Shown here: positions 1 to 8,676 of the stretch, piece after piece
Position numbering within the stretch: the first letter of the stretch is position 1
Layout: each line of letters begins with the position of its first letter
Origin: Candidatus Saccharimonadota bacterium
GTDB taxonomy: Bacteria; Patescibacteriota; Saccharimonadia; Saccharimonadales; Saccharimonadaceae
Assembly (NCBI GenBank): GCA_002421785.1
Contig: DIRZ01000003.1
Location: 310,700-342,699 of the forward strand
Direction of reading: 5' to 3'
DNA: 32,000 nt
Made by a program: the position numbers and the translations under genes
Notes under the pieces: model-generated
What the model was told of the DNA's origin: nothing
Database searches by the model: none
What the model saw: only the letters and a program-made list of their open reading frames with translations

Positions 1-157
1 TAGCTGGCGTAGACGCATCGACAGGTTTGTCTTGCATTGTCAATGTCACCACATTATCTTCTGGATCATCAAGCCCTGGATTGCGTTTGCTTGTATCGAC
101 ATCGCCCATCAGGCTATTCACTGCTTTGTCTAGTTCGTCGAAGTCAAGCTCGGTCAT
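1..157 (-). CDS. Hypothetical acidic protein, N-terminal part only (runs off the left edge)
   Basis: Minus-strand ATG at 157-155 overlaps the tpiA stop (ATGA overlap at 157-154). The frame stays open to position 1 (MTELDFDELDKAVNSLMGDVDTSKRNPGLDDPEDNVV...). It is missing from the ORF track because it is truncated. I recognise no family. Confidence 0.45.
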   Translation of the reverse strand, partial: MTELDFDELDKAVNSLMGDVDTSKRNPGLDDPEDNVVTLTMQDKPVDASTPA

Positions 158-960
158 TTAATTTTTCCTTTAGTAGTATTAGTCGTTGGATTGTGGGATT
201 TTTCTACGATGGCCGCAAACGAATGCGCGTCAAGACTCGCCCCGCCGATAAGCAGGCCGTCGATACCTGTCGCATTCACAAATGCCGCGGCGTTATCTGG
301 GTTAACACTCCCGCCATACAGCACGCGAATTGCCTTGGAGACTTCAGTACCGAATAAATGTCGTACCTGCGAGCGAATCGCCTTGGCGGCTTTTTCGATT
401 TCGGCAGGCGTCGGCACTTCGTGCGCGGCAAAGTCTTTACCGTTGCTCAGTGCCCAAACTGGCTCATACGCAATAACGAGCTGGCTGGCTTCTTCACCGG
501 TAATGTTGCTGAGCCCACCCACAAGCTGGTCATGGATTACATCGGTTGTCTCGCCCATTGCGCGTTCGCTCGCTGTTTCACCAACGCACAGAATAGGCGT
601 AATGCCATGACGATAAGCCGCCTGGACTTTATTGCGGATGTCACGCGAAAGTTCACCAAATACATGACGACGCTCGGAGTGGCCGACCAGCGCGTACTGA
701 ACAAGACCACGCAACTGATTCGCCGACACTTCTCCGGTGAAAGCACCCTCGTCGCGCCAGTAAAAATTCTGTGCAGCGAGTTTAAAGTGATGTTTATGTG
801 CCTGAAGTGAAATTGATTGCAATGCAATAGCGCTTGGCGCCAGTACGACTTCGATATCACGGTGATTCGCAACCGCGTCGGCAAGCTTGTGTACAAACAA
901 ACTTGCTTCACCGATAGTGAAGTTCATTTTCCAGTTCGCGATAATTAGTTTTTTGCCCAC
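154..960 (-). CDS. tpiA: Triosephosphate isomerase
   Basis: 268 aa. N-terminal IANWKMN motif, GHSERR, and EPVWA(I/L) plus YGGS motifs typical of TIM. Confidence 0.95.
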   Translation of the reverse strand: MGKKLIIANWKMNFTIGEASLFVHKLADAVANHRDIEVVLAPSAIALQSISLQAHKHHFKLAAQNFYWRDEGAFTGEVSANQLRGLVQYALVGHSERRHVFGELSRDIRNKVQAAYRHGITPILCVGETASERAMGETTDVIHDQLVGGLSNITGEEASQLVIAYEPVWALSNGKDFAAHEVPTPAEIEKAAKAIRSQVRHLFGTEVSKAIRVLYGGSVNPDNAAAFVNATGIDGLLIGGASLDAHSFAAIVEKSHNPTTNTTKGKIK

Positions 961-1002
961 TGTATATACTGCTTATTCTTTATTATCTTTAGTGTACACT
1001 GT

Positions 1003-2244
1003 TTACCTGCGTGCGTCTATAAGTGCTTCAATTCCTGGTAATTTGGCGCCACTCATGAGCTCCAGGCTTGCGCCACCACCGGTCGAAACGTGCGAAAAGC
1101 TCGCGCCACGCTTTTTGTCCCAGTGCAGCACGAAGTCGGCCGTATCACCGCCACCAATAATAGAGGTGACGTCTGGGTGACCAGCCAGCATGCCAGCTAA
1201 CTTGGCGCTCGCGGTTGCAAAGGCCGGAACGTCACTATACCCCAAGGTGCCGTTCCATATCACTGTTTTAGCCGTCGAAAGGACATCCAGCATTTTTGCA
1301 ACGGCCTGAGGGCCGATATCGAGCGCCATTTCATCTGCGCCCACATGGTTTGCTGCCACGTCTTTGCGAGTGGCTGTTTTTTCAAGCGATGTGCCAACGC
1401 CCAAATCAGTAGGCAGTATCAAAAATGAATCCAGCTGCTCTTTACCGACTTTTTTTGTCGCTCGGGCATAAATCTCATCGATGACGCTCGTTTGATCGGC
1501 TTCATACTTACTCTTACCCATTTTCATGCCCTCATTCGCTAAAAAGGTATTAGCCAAAGCGCCACCTACGACAATCGTGTCGGCAACGGGGATCATTGCA
1601 TTGAGTACCGGCAGCTTGTCACTGATTTTTGCACCACCCATCACCGCCACAAGAGGGCGTGCCGGGTGCCTCATTGCCGTAGTAATCGTTGTATATTCAT
1701 GTTCGAGCAATACCCCTGCTACACTCGGTAGGAACTGCGTAATAGCAGCGGTGCTCGCATGGGCGCGGTGCACCACGCCAAAACCGTCTTGCACAAAGTA
1801 GTCCGCGCCGCTATCTTCCGCGAGACTCTTCGCAAAGTCACTATCATTGGCTTCTTCGCCAGGGTAAAACCGAACATTTTCCAGCACGGTCACACTATTT
1901 TTCGGCGCACGCTTAATTGCCATTTTTGCTTTATGGCCTACACAATCATCAACAAACCGAACAGACCGCCCCAACAGGCTGGCAAGTCGCTGAGCTGCAG
2001 GCTCAAGGGAAAACTGCATGTTTCGCCGACCATCCGGTCGCCCCAAATGGCTGATAATCACAACTTTGCAGCCGTAGCCGAGCAGTTTTTTTACCGTTGG
2101 CAAACTCGAACGAATACGATAGTCGTCCGCAACATGCCCGTCCTTAGTGAGTGGTACGTTGTAGTCCGCGCGCAACAAAATAGTCTTGCCGCGCAGCGGT
2201 ACATCGTCAATGGTCAGTTTGTAAAATCGCCCACCGATTGTCAT
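1003..2244 (-). CDS. pgk: Phosphoglycerate kinase
   Basis: 413 aa. RADYNVPL, SHLGRP and GGGD(T/S)A motifs, with PGK-like length and architecture. Confidence 0.95.
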   Translation of the reverse strand: MTIGGRFYKLTIDDVPLRGKTILLRADYNVPLTKDGHVADDYRIRSSLPTVKKLLGYGCKVVIISHLGRPDGRRNMQFSLEPAAQRLASLLGRSVRFVDDCVGHKAKMAIKRAPKNSVTVLENVRFYPGEEANDSDFAKSLAEDSGADYFVQDGFGVVHRAHASTAAITQFLPSVAGVLLEHEYTTITTAMRHPARPLVAVMGGAKISDKLPVLNAMIPVADTIVVGGALANTFLANEGMKMGKSKYEADQTSVIDEIYARATKKVGKEQLDSFLILPTDLGVGTSLEKTATRKDVAANHVGADEMALDIGPQAVAKMLDVLSTAKTVIWNGTLGYSDVPAFATASAKLAGMLAGHPDVTSIIGGGDTADFVLHWDKKRGASFSHVSTGGGASLELMSGAKLPGIEALIDARR

Positions 2245-2248
2245 AGGT

Positions 2249-3670
2249 CTATTCTATCACGCGCGCGCGAAGTGTGTCGGTACCGCCGGTAACGCCAGGT
2301 TGACGGCCGCTAACGATAACAACTGGCATTTTTTCCATGTCACCAAAGTATTTTTTTGTGAAGAGTTCTCGTGCAAGTTCGGCACCGGCTTTTTCACCGT
2401 CTGGTCGCACAAAACTACGAGTCGCATAGGTAAGGGAAAGTTGCTGAGCCGCGCGCGGCGAGCTCGTCACTGCACAGATTGGCAAGTGAGGACGATTTAC
2501 TGCGATGTTCGCAGCGGTCGCGCCAGATTTTGTCTCGGCAATAATCGCGATGGCGTTGATTTCCTCGGCAACAGTCACTGCCGCACGTGAAATCGCGTTT
2601 CGGCGGATCTCGCTTGATGTCATTAAGTCTTCGGCAATATTAACAGGCCAGTTTTCCTGGGTATAAAGAATCGTCTTCTTCATTGCAGCAACTGCTTCAA
2701 TCGGGTAGCTGCCGTTTGCAGTTTCGTCGCTCAACATCACGACATCAGCACCCTGAATGGTTGCAGTTGCGACGTCGCTGACTTCAGCGCGCGTTGGCTC
2801 TGGCGCGTCTACCATGCTCGCCATCATCTGAGTGGCAACAATGCATAGTTTGCCGTACTTGCGGCAGAGCGCGATAATCTGGCGCTGAACAATAGGCACA
2901 ACTTCGGCACCAGCCTCAACAGCCAAGTCGCCGCGGGCAACCATCACACCATCACTGGCCATAACGATAGCTTCGAGCGCCTCAGGCTTAATTGCGGCCT
3001 TAGTTTCAACTTTCGCAATAATCTGCGCTGTACTGCCAAGTCCAACAAGGATCTGGCGTAGGTTGTTAATGTCTTCTTCGCTCTGTACAAAGCTCAGGGC
3101 AACAAAGTCGATATCTTTGTCAGCGCCAAATTCGATATCCGACATATCTTTTGCAGTCAAAATATCACCACCAAAGTCGGTGTCAGGCAGGTTAATGCCC
3201 TTTTTGCTCATCAGCGTACCGTCGTTTTCGACACGCAGCTTAATAGCGGTCTTTGAAGGAATATCGACAACTGTCGTACGGATTTTACCGTCAAATAGAT
3301 AGATTGGCTCGCCAACCTTTACTTTTTCGGCCAAGTTGTACTGAACTGGCATCGTCAGACCATCATGTTCAGCTGCATAGTCGAGGACGATTTCGTCACC
3401 CTTTTTGACAGGCTGGTTATTGTCGTTCAAAACGCCTAAACGGATTTTTGGACCCTGAAGATCCTGCAAAATAGCAACAGGGCGCTCCAACTTGGCGCTG
3501 GCGTCGCGAATCCACTGCATTTGGTCAATTCGCTCTTCGTGCGAACCATGGCTAAAGTTAAGTCGGAAGCCATTGGCGCCCGCCTTCATTAGCTCTTCAA
3601 TTTTTTCTGGGGTGTTTGTTGCTGGACCAAGTGTGGCCAGAATCTTAGTGCGTTTAAAAATGGTATTCAT
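2249..3670 (-). CDS. pyk: Pyruvate kinase
   Basis: 473 aa. KILATLGPA, GANGFRLNFSHG and MVARGDLAVE motifs. Only a 4-nt gap separates it from pgk. Confidence 0.95.
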   Translation of the reverse strand: MNTIFKRTKILATLGPATNTPEKIEELMKAGANGFRLNFSHGSHEERIDQMQWIRDASAKLERPVAILQDLQGPKIRLGVLNDNNQPVKKGDEIVLDYAAEHDGLTMPVQYNLAEKVKVGEPIYLFDGKIRTTVVDIPSKTAIKLRVENDGTLMSKKGINLPDTDFGGDILTAKDMSDIEFGADKDIDFVALSFVQSEEDINNLRQILVGLGSTAQIIAKVETKAAIKPEALEAIVMASDGVMVARGDLAVEAGAEVVPIVQRQIIALCRKYGKLCIVATQMMASMVDAPEPTRAEVSDVATATIQGADVVMLSDETANGSYPIEAVAAMKKTILYTQENWPVNIAEDLMTSSEIRRNAISRAAVTVAEEINAIAIIAETKSGATAANIAVNRPHLPICAVTSSPRAAQQLSLTYATRSFVRPDGEKAGAELARELFTKKYFGDMEKMPVVIVSGRQPGVTGGTDTLRARVIE

Positions 3671-3703
3671 TCCTGCTACTATACCACATTACCCCTGTAG
3701 AAT

Positions 3704-4735
3704 CTAGCGTTTGTGTATCATGTCTTCTTCTACCATCGAACGGTAACTCCAGACGCCTGGACTCTCGGTTTTGTAGCTCCAGTAAAACCACGCATCGGCT
3801 GCCTCATACGCCACCAATTGCCGCTGCGTGTGCTCAGATATCATGGTGGCATGTTCGCTCTGCACGTACTTGCCCAATACCTCGCCGGCGATAATTCCAC
3901 TCCACTCCCCTACAATCACCCCCTGCCAGCGACGTAGGCTAATAATAAGCCGCCCATGCCATGGCAATACATAGCGGTAATATGCGCCGAGCGGAAGCCA
4001 TTTGAATGCCCAAAACGTAAAGTGGTACCAATGGATATCCATCATCGTGGGGTGCGTATCTTTCGCGCGAATCGCGCCGTTCAATAGCCGCGGAGTAAAA
4101 GCATCGTGAAAAATAACCCTTGTCGTCGGACGTAGCACCGTTACAAGCTGCCGATACGCCTGGTTATAAAACCGGCGCAGTGTCAGCTGGAATAAACCAA
4201 CCTTTGGCTCGTTCAGTAACTCAAGCCCCCAAAACTGTGAGTGGGCGCGATAGCGCATTGCGATGCGCATCAGCACTTCGAGTGTCCGCTGCTGGTACGC
4301 GAAACTTTGGTGCCATAGCGCCTTACCGATTCGCCCACTGTGATCATGCCCGTTCTGACTTCCGGGCGCGCCGTGGAGGCACACCAGTACCTGCAGGTCA
4401 TACTTTGCTGCCATGCGGAATGCCCAGTCTAGGTACCCAATACACGACACATACGGATCATCACCGTCAAACAACCAGTAGCCCACTGGGATACGAATGG
4501 CCTGCACGCCGTTATTTGCCATCCATTTAAAGTCATCTTCGCGAATGAAGTTTTTCTGGTGGCTGCGGAGTTTTACACGGGCGCCAGGCGTTTGCATAAA
4601 AGTATACTCATCCACAGCATCGGTATCCGCAAATAGGCTAGGAGCCATCCATTTCTCGACAATCAGCCAGCCGCCCAAGTTTACGCCACGCAGTGCACTC
4701 ATGTCTTTAGTATAGCTATTCGTCGCGCATATCAC
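3704..4735 (-). CDS. Glycoside hydrolase family 5 (glucan beta-1,3-glucosidase-like)
   Basis: GVNLGGWLIVEKWM N-terminus, an LNEP acid/base motif (LELLNEPK) and a GEWS nucleophile motif. The start is uncertain: the ATG at 4735 overlaps the upstream permease, and the alternative ATG at 4702 gives MSALRGVNLGGW. Confidence 0.8.
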   Translation of the reverse strand: MICATNSYTKDMSALRGVNLGGWLIVEKWMAPSLFADTDAVDEYTFMQTPGARVKLRSHQKNFIREDDFKWMANNGVQAIRIPVGYWLFDGDDPYVSCIGYLDWAFRMAAKYDLQVLVCLHGAPGSQNGHDHSGRIGKALWHQSFAYQQRTLEVLMRIAMRYRAHSQFWGLELLNEPKVGLFQLTLRRFYNQAYRQLVTVLRPTTRVIFHDAFTPRLLNGAIRAKDTHPTMMDIHWYHFTFWAFKWLPLGAYYRYVLPWHGRLIISLRRWQGVIVGEWSGIIAGEVLGKYVQSEHATMISEHTQRQLVAYEAADAWFYWSYKTESPGVWSYRSMVEEDMIHKR

Positions 4736-6623
4736 GAATCGGATTGCGAGCTGTATTGCGGAGCAATGGTATGGCCATCCCCGCTACGCCCGCCAGCAAA
4801 ATAGCCCCCACTATGGCTAGTATCTTTGGCGTGAATCCAACAAAGCTAAACTGTGTACCCGGATCGAACACTCCCAGTGCCAACTGTGCTTGAATAGTAG
4901 TGTCGATCCAGAAGTTCGAATGCACCAGCAACGCCGCACCGAGGCCTATCAACAGCGCAAAAATGGCAATGCGCAGGCAAAGCAGCAGCGTATAGGTCAC
5001 ATAAATCTGGTTAATATCCATGCGTTTAAACCCAATCGCGCGAAAGACTGCCGTTTCCCTGCGACCGTCAGCAATCGTACGGCCAATCGTTAGTCCTGCA
5101 ATGACTGCCGCTAGAATCGTCACGATACCCGTCGTCCACAGCAGCACTACCGACACTCCGTGTTTTACTTCGTCGAGCCCAATGCTATTACTGCCGAACG
5201 GCGCCATCACAAAGTACTTGCTGCGTGGCTCGCAACCCGTCATTCCATATTGACACGATTCATTTTTGGCAAAATTGCGTGCATCGGTGGCATTTGCAAA
5301 CTCTGCAAAATATTGACCCCCACTGCCCATGTACCCCATATTATCTGTATTTTTTTGCGTACTCAGCACGTTGGCATAATCGGTCTTGTTTGGCATGCTT
5401 TCATACAATTCGGTAGGAACGGCAAAGCGGAACGACTGCGACATCAGCAAAGAGGCAACGATATCTTTCACCCCTAGCGAAAAGCCCATATCCATGTCGG
5501 CCCAGCCGTTGGGTGCCACGCCCACGACTTCGTACGTTACCTTTTGCTGAACCGGATCAACCACTGCGCCAAACTTCCGATTGAACTGCATCAACTTGTC
5601 AGCGTATTGCTTTTCTGCGGCCGTGCGCACGTCACGCACCACGACAGCCGCCCCACATGATGATTCATCGGGCAATCCATAAATAAGTGACGGCCGCTGG
5701 TAGGTTGTGTCGTTCTTTTTGGCAGCGATTTCTTTTGCTACGCTTAGCGCTTCGGTTATCTGTTCGCTGCTCGCAGTATTACGGTAACAGGCACTAAATG
5801 TTGCGCCATTTACCCGGTCGCGTAACTCATTCAGGTAATTCAGCCGTTCAGCTGCTGGTGCATCAGTACCCGGTGCTTTGTATCCTGTTAACTGTGTCGC
5901 GCGTTTTTGGGACACGACGACGGGGATATGCCCGCTCGTGGCGCTCCACTTAGCGTTCGGCAACAAATAGCTTGATAGCAACGCTTTCGGCACCAGCGTT
6001 GCTTCCTGAAGATCGGGTGGCGCGCCAGACATGCCCTGCTTGGAAGTATCGGTCTGTGTGAATGCCTCTTTACCGGCCTTCATTTCCGTCAGCGCCCCAT
6101 CCTTAGGCTGTGTCGGCCTTGCTTCGTAATACACCGTTGGCTGATACTTGTCCGCAAATTGCTTAAAATCATCCATGGTTCGGGTTGGCTGCGCCTTGGC
6201 ATACAGCTCGTTCATCACCGCCTGGCCAATCGGGCTACTGTACGACAACATTTGCTGTCCATCAAATGTTTCAACTGGCGATGGATCCATCGCGGCATCA
6301 TACTCTATCCCTAGCCGCTTTGCCTCGGCTTTTTTGTCTGCCACCATGGTTTTGTGACGCAACAATGCCTCCGCAATTCCGTCCTTGTCGCGCGACACAT
6401 CGGCCACGTCTTGGTAAGCAGTCGAACCACCTACAATAAAACGCCCCGTCATACTCTTTTGTGTCATACGTTCAACGCTCATGAATACGCCGTCACTTAT
6501 AATGACAATCGCCATTACCAGGCCAAATAGTATCCCAGCAATCGCTACAGTAAATGCCGTTCGAACTTTGCGCGTACGCAGCTTGGTATATGCCATAGTT
6601 AGTGTGTCTATAACACGAATCAT
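4716..6623 (-). CDS. ABC transporter permease, MacB/FtsX type
   Basis: 635 aa. One N-terminal TM helix, a large (about 450 aa) extracytoplasmic domain and a C-terminal multi-TM FtsX-like block. Its start overlaps the stop of the ATPase gene. Confidence 0.85.
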   Translation of the reverse strand: MIRVIDTLTMAYTKLRTRKVRTAFTVAIAGILFGLVMAIVIISDGVFMSVERMTQKSMTGRFIVGGSTAYQDVADVSRDKDGIAEALLRHKTMVADKKAEAKRLGIEYDAAMDPSPVETFDGQQMLSYSSPIGQAVMNELYAKAQPTRTMDDFKQFADKYQPTVYYEARPTQPKDGALTEMKAGKEAFTQTDTSKQGMSGAPPDLQEATLVPKALLSSYLLPNAKWSATSGHIPVVVSQKRATQLTGYKAPGTDAPAAERLNYLNELRDRVNGATFSACYRNTASSEQITEALSVAKEIAAKKNDTTYQRPSLIYGLPDESSCGAAVVVRDVRTAAEKQYADKLMQFNRKFGAVVDPVQQKVTYEVVGVAPNGWADMDMGFSLGVKDIVASLLMSQSFRFAVPTELYESMPNKTDYANVLSTQKNTDNMGYMGSGGQYFAEFANATDARNFAKNESCQYGMTGCEPRSKYFVMAPFGSNSIGLDEVKHGVSVVLLWTTGIVTILAAVIAGLTIGRTIADGRRETAVFRAIGFKRMDINQIYVTYTLLLCLRIAIFALLIGLGAALLVHSNFWIDTTIQAQLALGVFDPGTQFSFVGFTPKILAIVGAILLAGVAGMAIPLLRNTARNPIRDMRDE

Positions 6624-7429
6624 AGTAATACTCCGTCTTTGAGTGATATTTCACGGTCAGCGCGGGCTGCAATGGCCGCATCATGCGTCACTACCACGAT
6701 TGTCGTGCCAAATTCATTACGAATCTTTTCGAACAAATCGATGATCGCTTTGCCGTTTTCGCTGTCTAGGTTACCCGTCGGTTCGTCCGCTAGCAAAATT
6801 TCAGGGTTATTCAGCAACGCACGTGCAATCGCTGCTCGTTGCATCTGACCACCCGACAGTTCTTTGGGGAAATGCTCTAACCTATCGCCCAGCCCCACTA
6901 CTTCGGCTAACTGAGCGACTCGCTCGCGACGGACGGGCCGCTTAGTGCGCGCCGGCATACCGGCGACTTCCAGATTCTGGCGCAGGCGCAAAAATGGCTG
7001 CAAATAGAAGAACTGAAATACGAACCCGACCGTTTTGTTACGGAATTCTGATAATTTCTTATCATTAAGGCTCGCCAGCTTGTTACCATGTATCGTCACG
7101 CTGCCCTCACTCGGCTTGTCAAGTCCGCCCATCAGCTGTAGCAGCGTACTTTTGCCGCTTCCGCTTGCACCGGTGAGCGCTAAAAACTCACCTTTGTGCA
7201 CGTCGAGCGTCACGCCGTTCAGGGCATTCACATGCTGTTTACCGACTTTGTACGACTTTTTCAAATCCTCAACGCGAATCAACACTTCATCTGATAGGGG
7301 TCGCCGAGGTGCCGCAGGTGCCGCGGGCTTACCGTAGCCAACCTCTCGCAGCGCACGCACTGCCTGCAGTACATCGCCATCAAACAGGTCAAGGTACTCT
7401 TTTACTTTTTCTGACGGAACGTCTTTCAT
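6620..7429 (-). CDS. ABC transporter ATP-binding protein (MacB/LolD-like) with an N-terminal extension of about 50 aa
   Basis: Walker A GASGSGKST, signature LSGGQMQR, Walker B ILLADEPT. Confidence 0.93.
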   Translation of the reverse strand: MKDVPSEKVKEYLDLFDGDVLQAVRALREVGYGKPAAPAAPRRPLSDEVLIRVEDLKKSYKVGKQHVNALNGVTLDVHKGEFLALTGASGSGKSTLLQLMGGLDKPSEGSVTIHGNKLASLNDKKLSEFRNKTVGFVFQFFYLQPFLRLRQNLEVAGMPARTKRPVRRERVAQLAEVVGLGDRLEHFPKELSGGQMQRAAIARALLNNPEILLADEPTGNLDSENGKAIIDLFEKIRNEFGTTIVVVTHDAAIAARADREISLKDGVLL

Positions 7430-7445
7430 GCCACCCTTTCAGTTA

Positions 7446-8165
7446 CTAGGCGATTGTCGCCCCAAATAATATTCCTACACCGTATGTTGCGATCATTGCG
7501 ACCACACCACCCAGCACAACACGCAGGACAGCCCGGACCTTTGATGCATTGCCTACGTGGGCGCTCACCAGCCCGACGGCAATGAGTGAAATCACCACCG
7601 CGATAACCGTCAGGGGTATGCGCCACGCAGCCGGTGACACAATGATAGCAACAAAGGGAATGATACCGCCGACCGTAAACGCAAGGAGCGACGCCACTGC
7701 GGCGTGCCACGGGCTCACCACTTCTTCAGGATCGATGTTGAAATGCATCCGCAGATGCGCCTTTAGGGCGTCCTTTTTGGTCAGCTCTGCCGCCACAACA
7801 TGCGCAGTCTTTTTGCTCACCCCGTGTTTCATGTACTCACGCGCCAGCTCGTCTAGCTCATACTCAGGGTTGTCGCGTAAATCTTCTTGTTCTAGCCGAA
7901 TGTATGCCTTTTCAGCATCGCTCTGACTACTGACGCTCACGTACTCACCCACCGCCATACTCAGCGCTCCGGCAACAAGGGCTGCCAAACCGGCAAGGGT
8001 AATCGCTTTGGCGTCACCTGTGGCGCCCGCCACCCCCATTACCACGCTTGATGTGCTGACGATTCCATCATTCGCGCCCAGCACTGCGGCGCGCAGTTTA
8101 TTCAGCTTACCATTGTCCGCTTGGTCAGACGGTAAATCGTATTTTGTGTTGTCAAATTCTGGCAT
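7446..8165 (-). CDS. VIT1/CCC1-family (Fe/Mn) transporter
   Basis: 239 aa. LGANDGIVSTSSVVMGV motif, a central acidic helical segment and C-terminal TM helices, matching VIT family architecture. Confidence 0.85.
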   Translation of the reverse strand: MPEFDNTKYDLPSDQADNGKLNKLRAAVLGANDGIVSTSSVVMGVAGATGDAKAITLAGLAALVAGALSMAVGEYVSVSSQSDAEKAYIRLEQEDLRDNPEYELDELAREYMKHGVSKKTAHVVAAELTKKDALKAHLRMHFNIDPEEVVSPWHAAVASLLAFTVGGIIPFVAIIVSPAAWRIPLTVIAVVISLIAVGLVSAHVGNASKVRAVLRVVLGGVVAMIATYGVGILFGATIA

Positions 8166-8236
8166 AACACTAGTATATACTCTCTATGTCAAAATGCCAT
8201 AATGGTTATGATTGCAATATATTTGACAAACAGTAA

Positions 8237-8516
8237 AATACATACACCGTCCGCGGCTACGAGCGCTACCCGAATGGTGATGACACGCGAGTTTCAGTGG
8301 ATGAAAACACAGAAGATGGTCTCGCATTCATCAAAACTTTCACTGTTACGGAACCGTACTGCGAACCAGGTAGGGGCTCAATCACACCCCTCCCTACACC
8401 TCTTGAGCTACCACACAGGTAGCGACAGCCTCAACGCATGGCTCGTTGCGACTGCGAGCGCAGTTGCGGTCTACGGTGCAGTCTACTTCGCGCAGCCAAA
8501 GCGACGTTACGAATAA
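8237..8516 (+). pseudogene. Remnant of an LPXTG-anchored surface protein (C-terminal fragment, frameshifted)
   Basis: The frame starting at 8237 reads NTYTVRGYERYPNGDDTRVSVDENTEDGLAFIKTFTVTEPYCEPGRGSITPLPTPLELPH, then stops at 8420. The track frame continues from 8415 as TGSDSLNAWLVATASAVAVYGAVYFAQPKRRYE. Joining the two at the CACACA run (8412-8417) restores ELPHTG, a hydrophobic helix and a KRR tail. There is no start codon or signal peptide upstream (stop at 8234). Confidence 0.5.
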
Positions 8517-8537
8517 GATAATAACAAACACTTGCAA

Positions 8538-8570
8538 TACCACCCCGCCAAAGGGGTGGTATTTGTTTGT
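8538..8570 (+). terminator. Intrinsic terminator hairpin
   Basis: TACCACCCC-gccaaa-GGGGTGGTA (9-bp stem) followed by TTTGTTTGT. Confidence 0.6.
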
Positions 8571-8602
8571 AAGCATAATCATTACCATACCATATCATGG
8601 TA

Positions 8603-8631
8603 TTGACAAATTGTCTTATTTTTGGTATAAT
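8603..8631 (+). promoter_or_regulatory. Sigma-70-type promoter for the LPXTG repeat gene
   Basis: TTGACA (8603-8608), a 17-nt spacer and TATAAT (8626-8631) preceded by TGG (extended -10). AAGGAG RBS at 8663-8668, ATG at 8677. Confidence 0.6.
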
Positions 8632-8676
8632 ACACATATTAAAGCTTTGAGAGGCTTTATATAAGGAGATTTTGGA

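Noticed and set aside
37-8165. Numerous 60-180-aa ORFs antisense to or out of frame with tpiA, pgk, pyk, GH5, the ABC genes and the VIT gene (for example 37-357, 358-810, 1759-2292, 7426-7710)
   Set aside because: They lie entirely within confidently identified genes, have no RBS or recognisable motifs, and have odd composition.
8202-8516. The track ORF 8202-8516 as an intact 104-aa gene
   Set aside because: Its N-terminal two-thirds look non-protein-like, while the overlapping frame looks like a genuine surface-protein domain. Only the last 34 aa, the sorting signal, are convincing in this frame.
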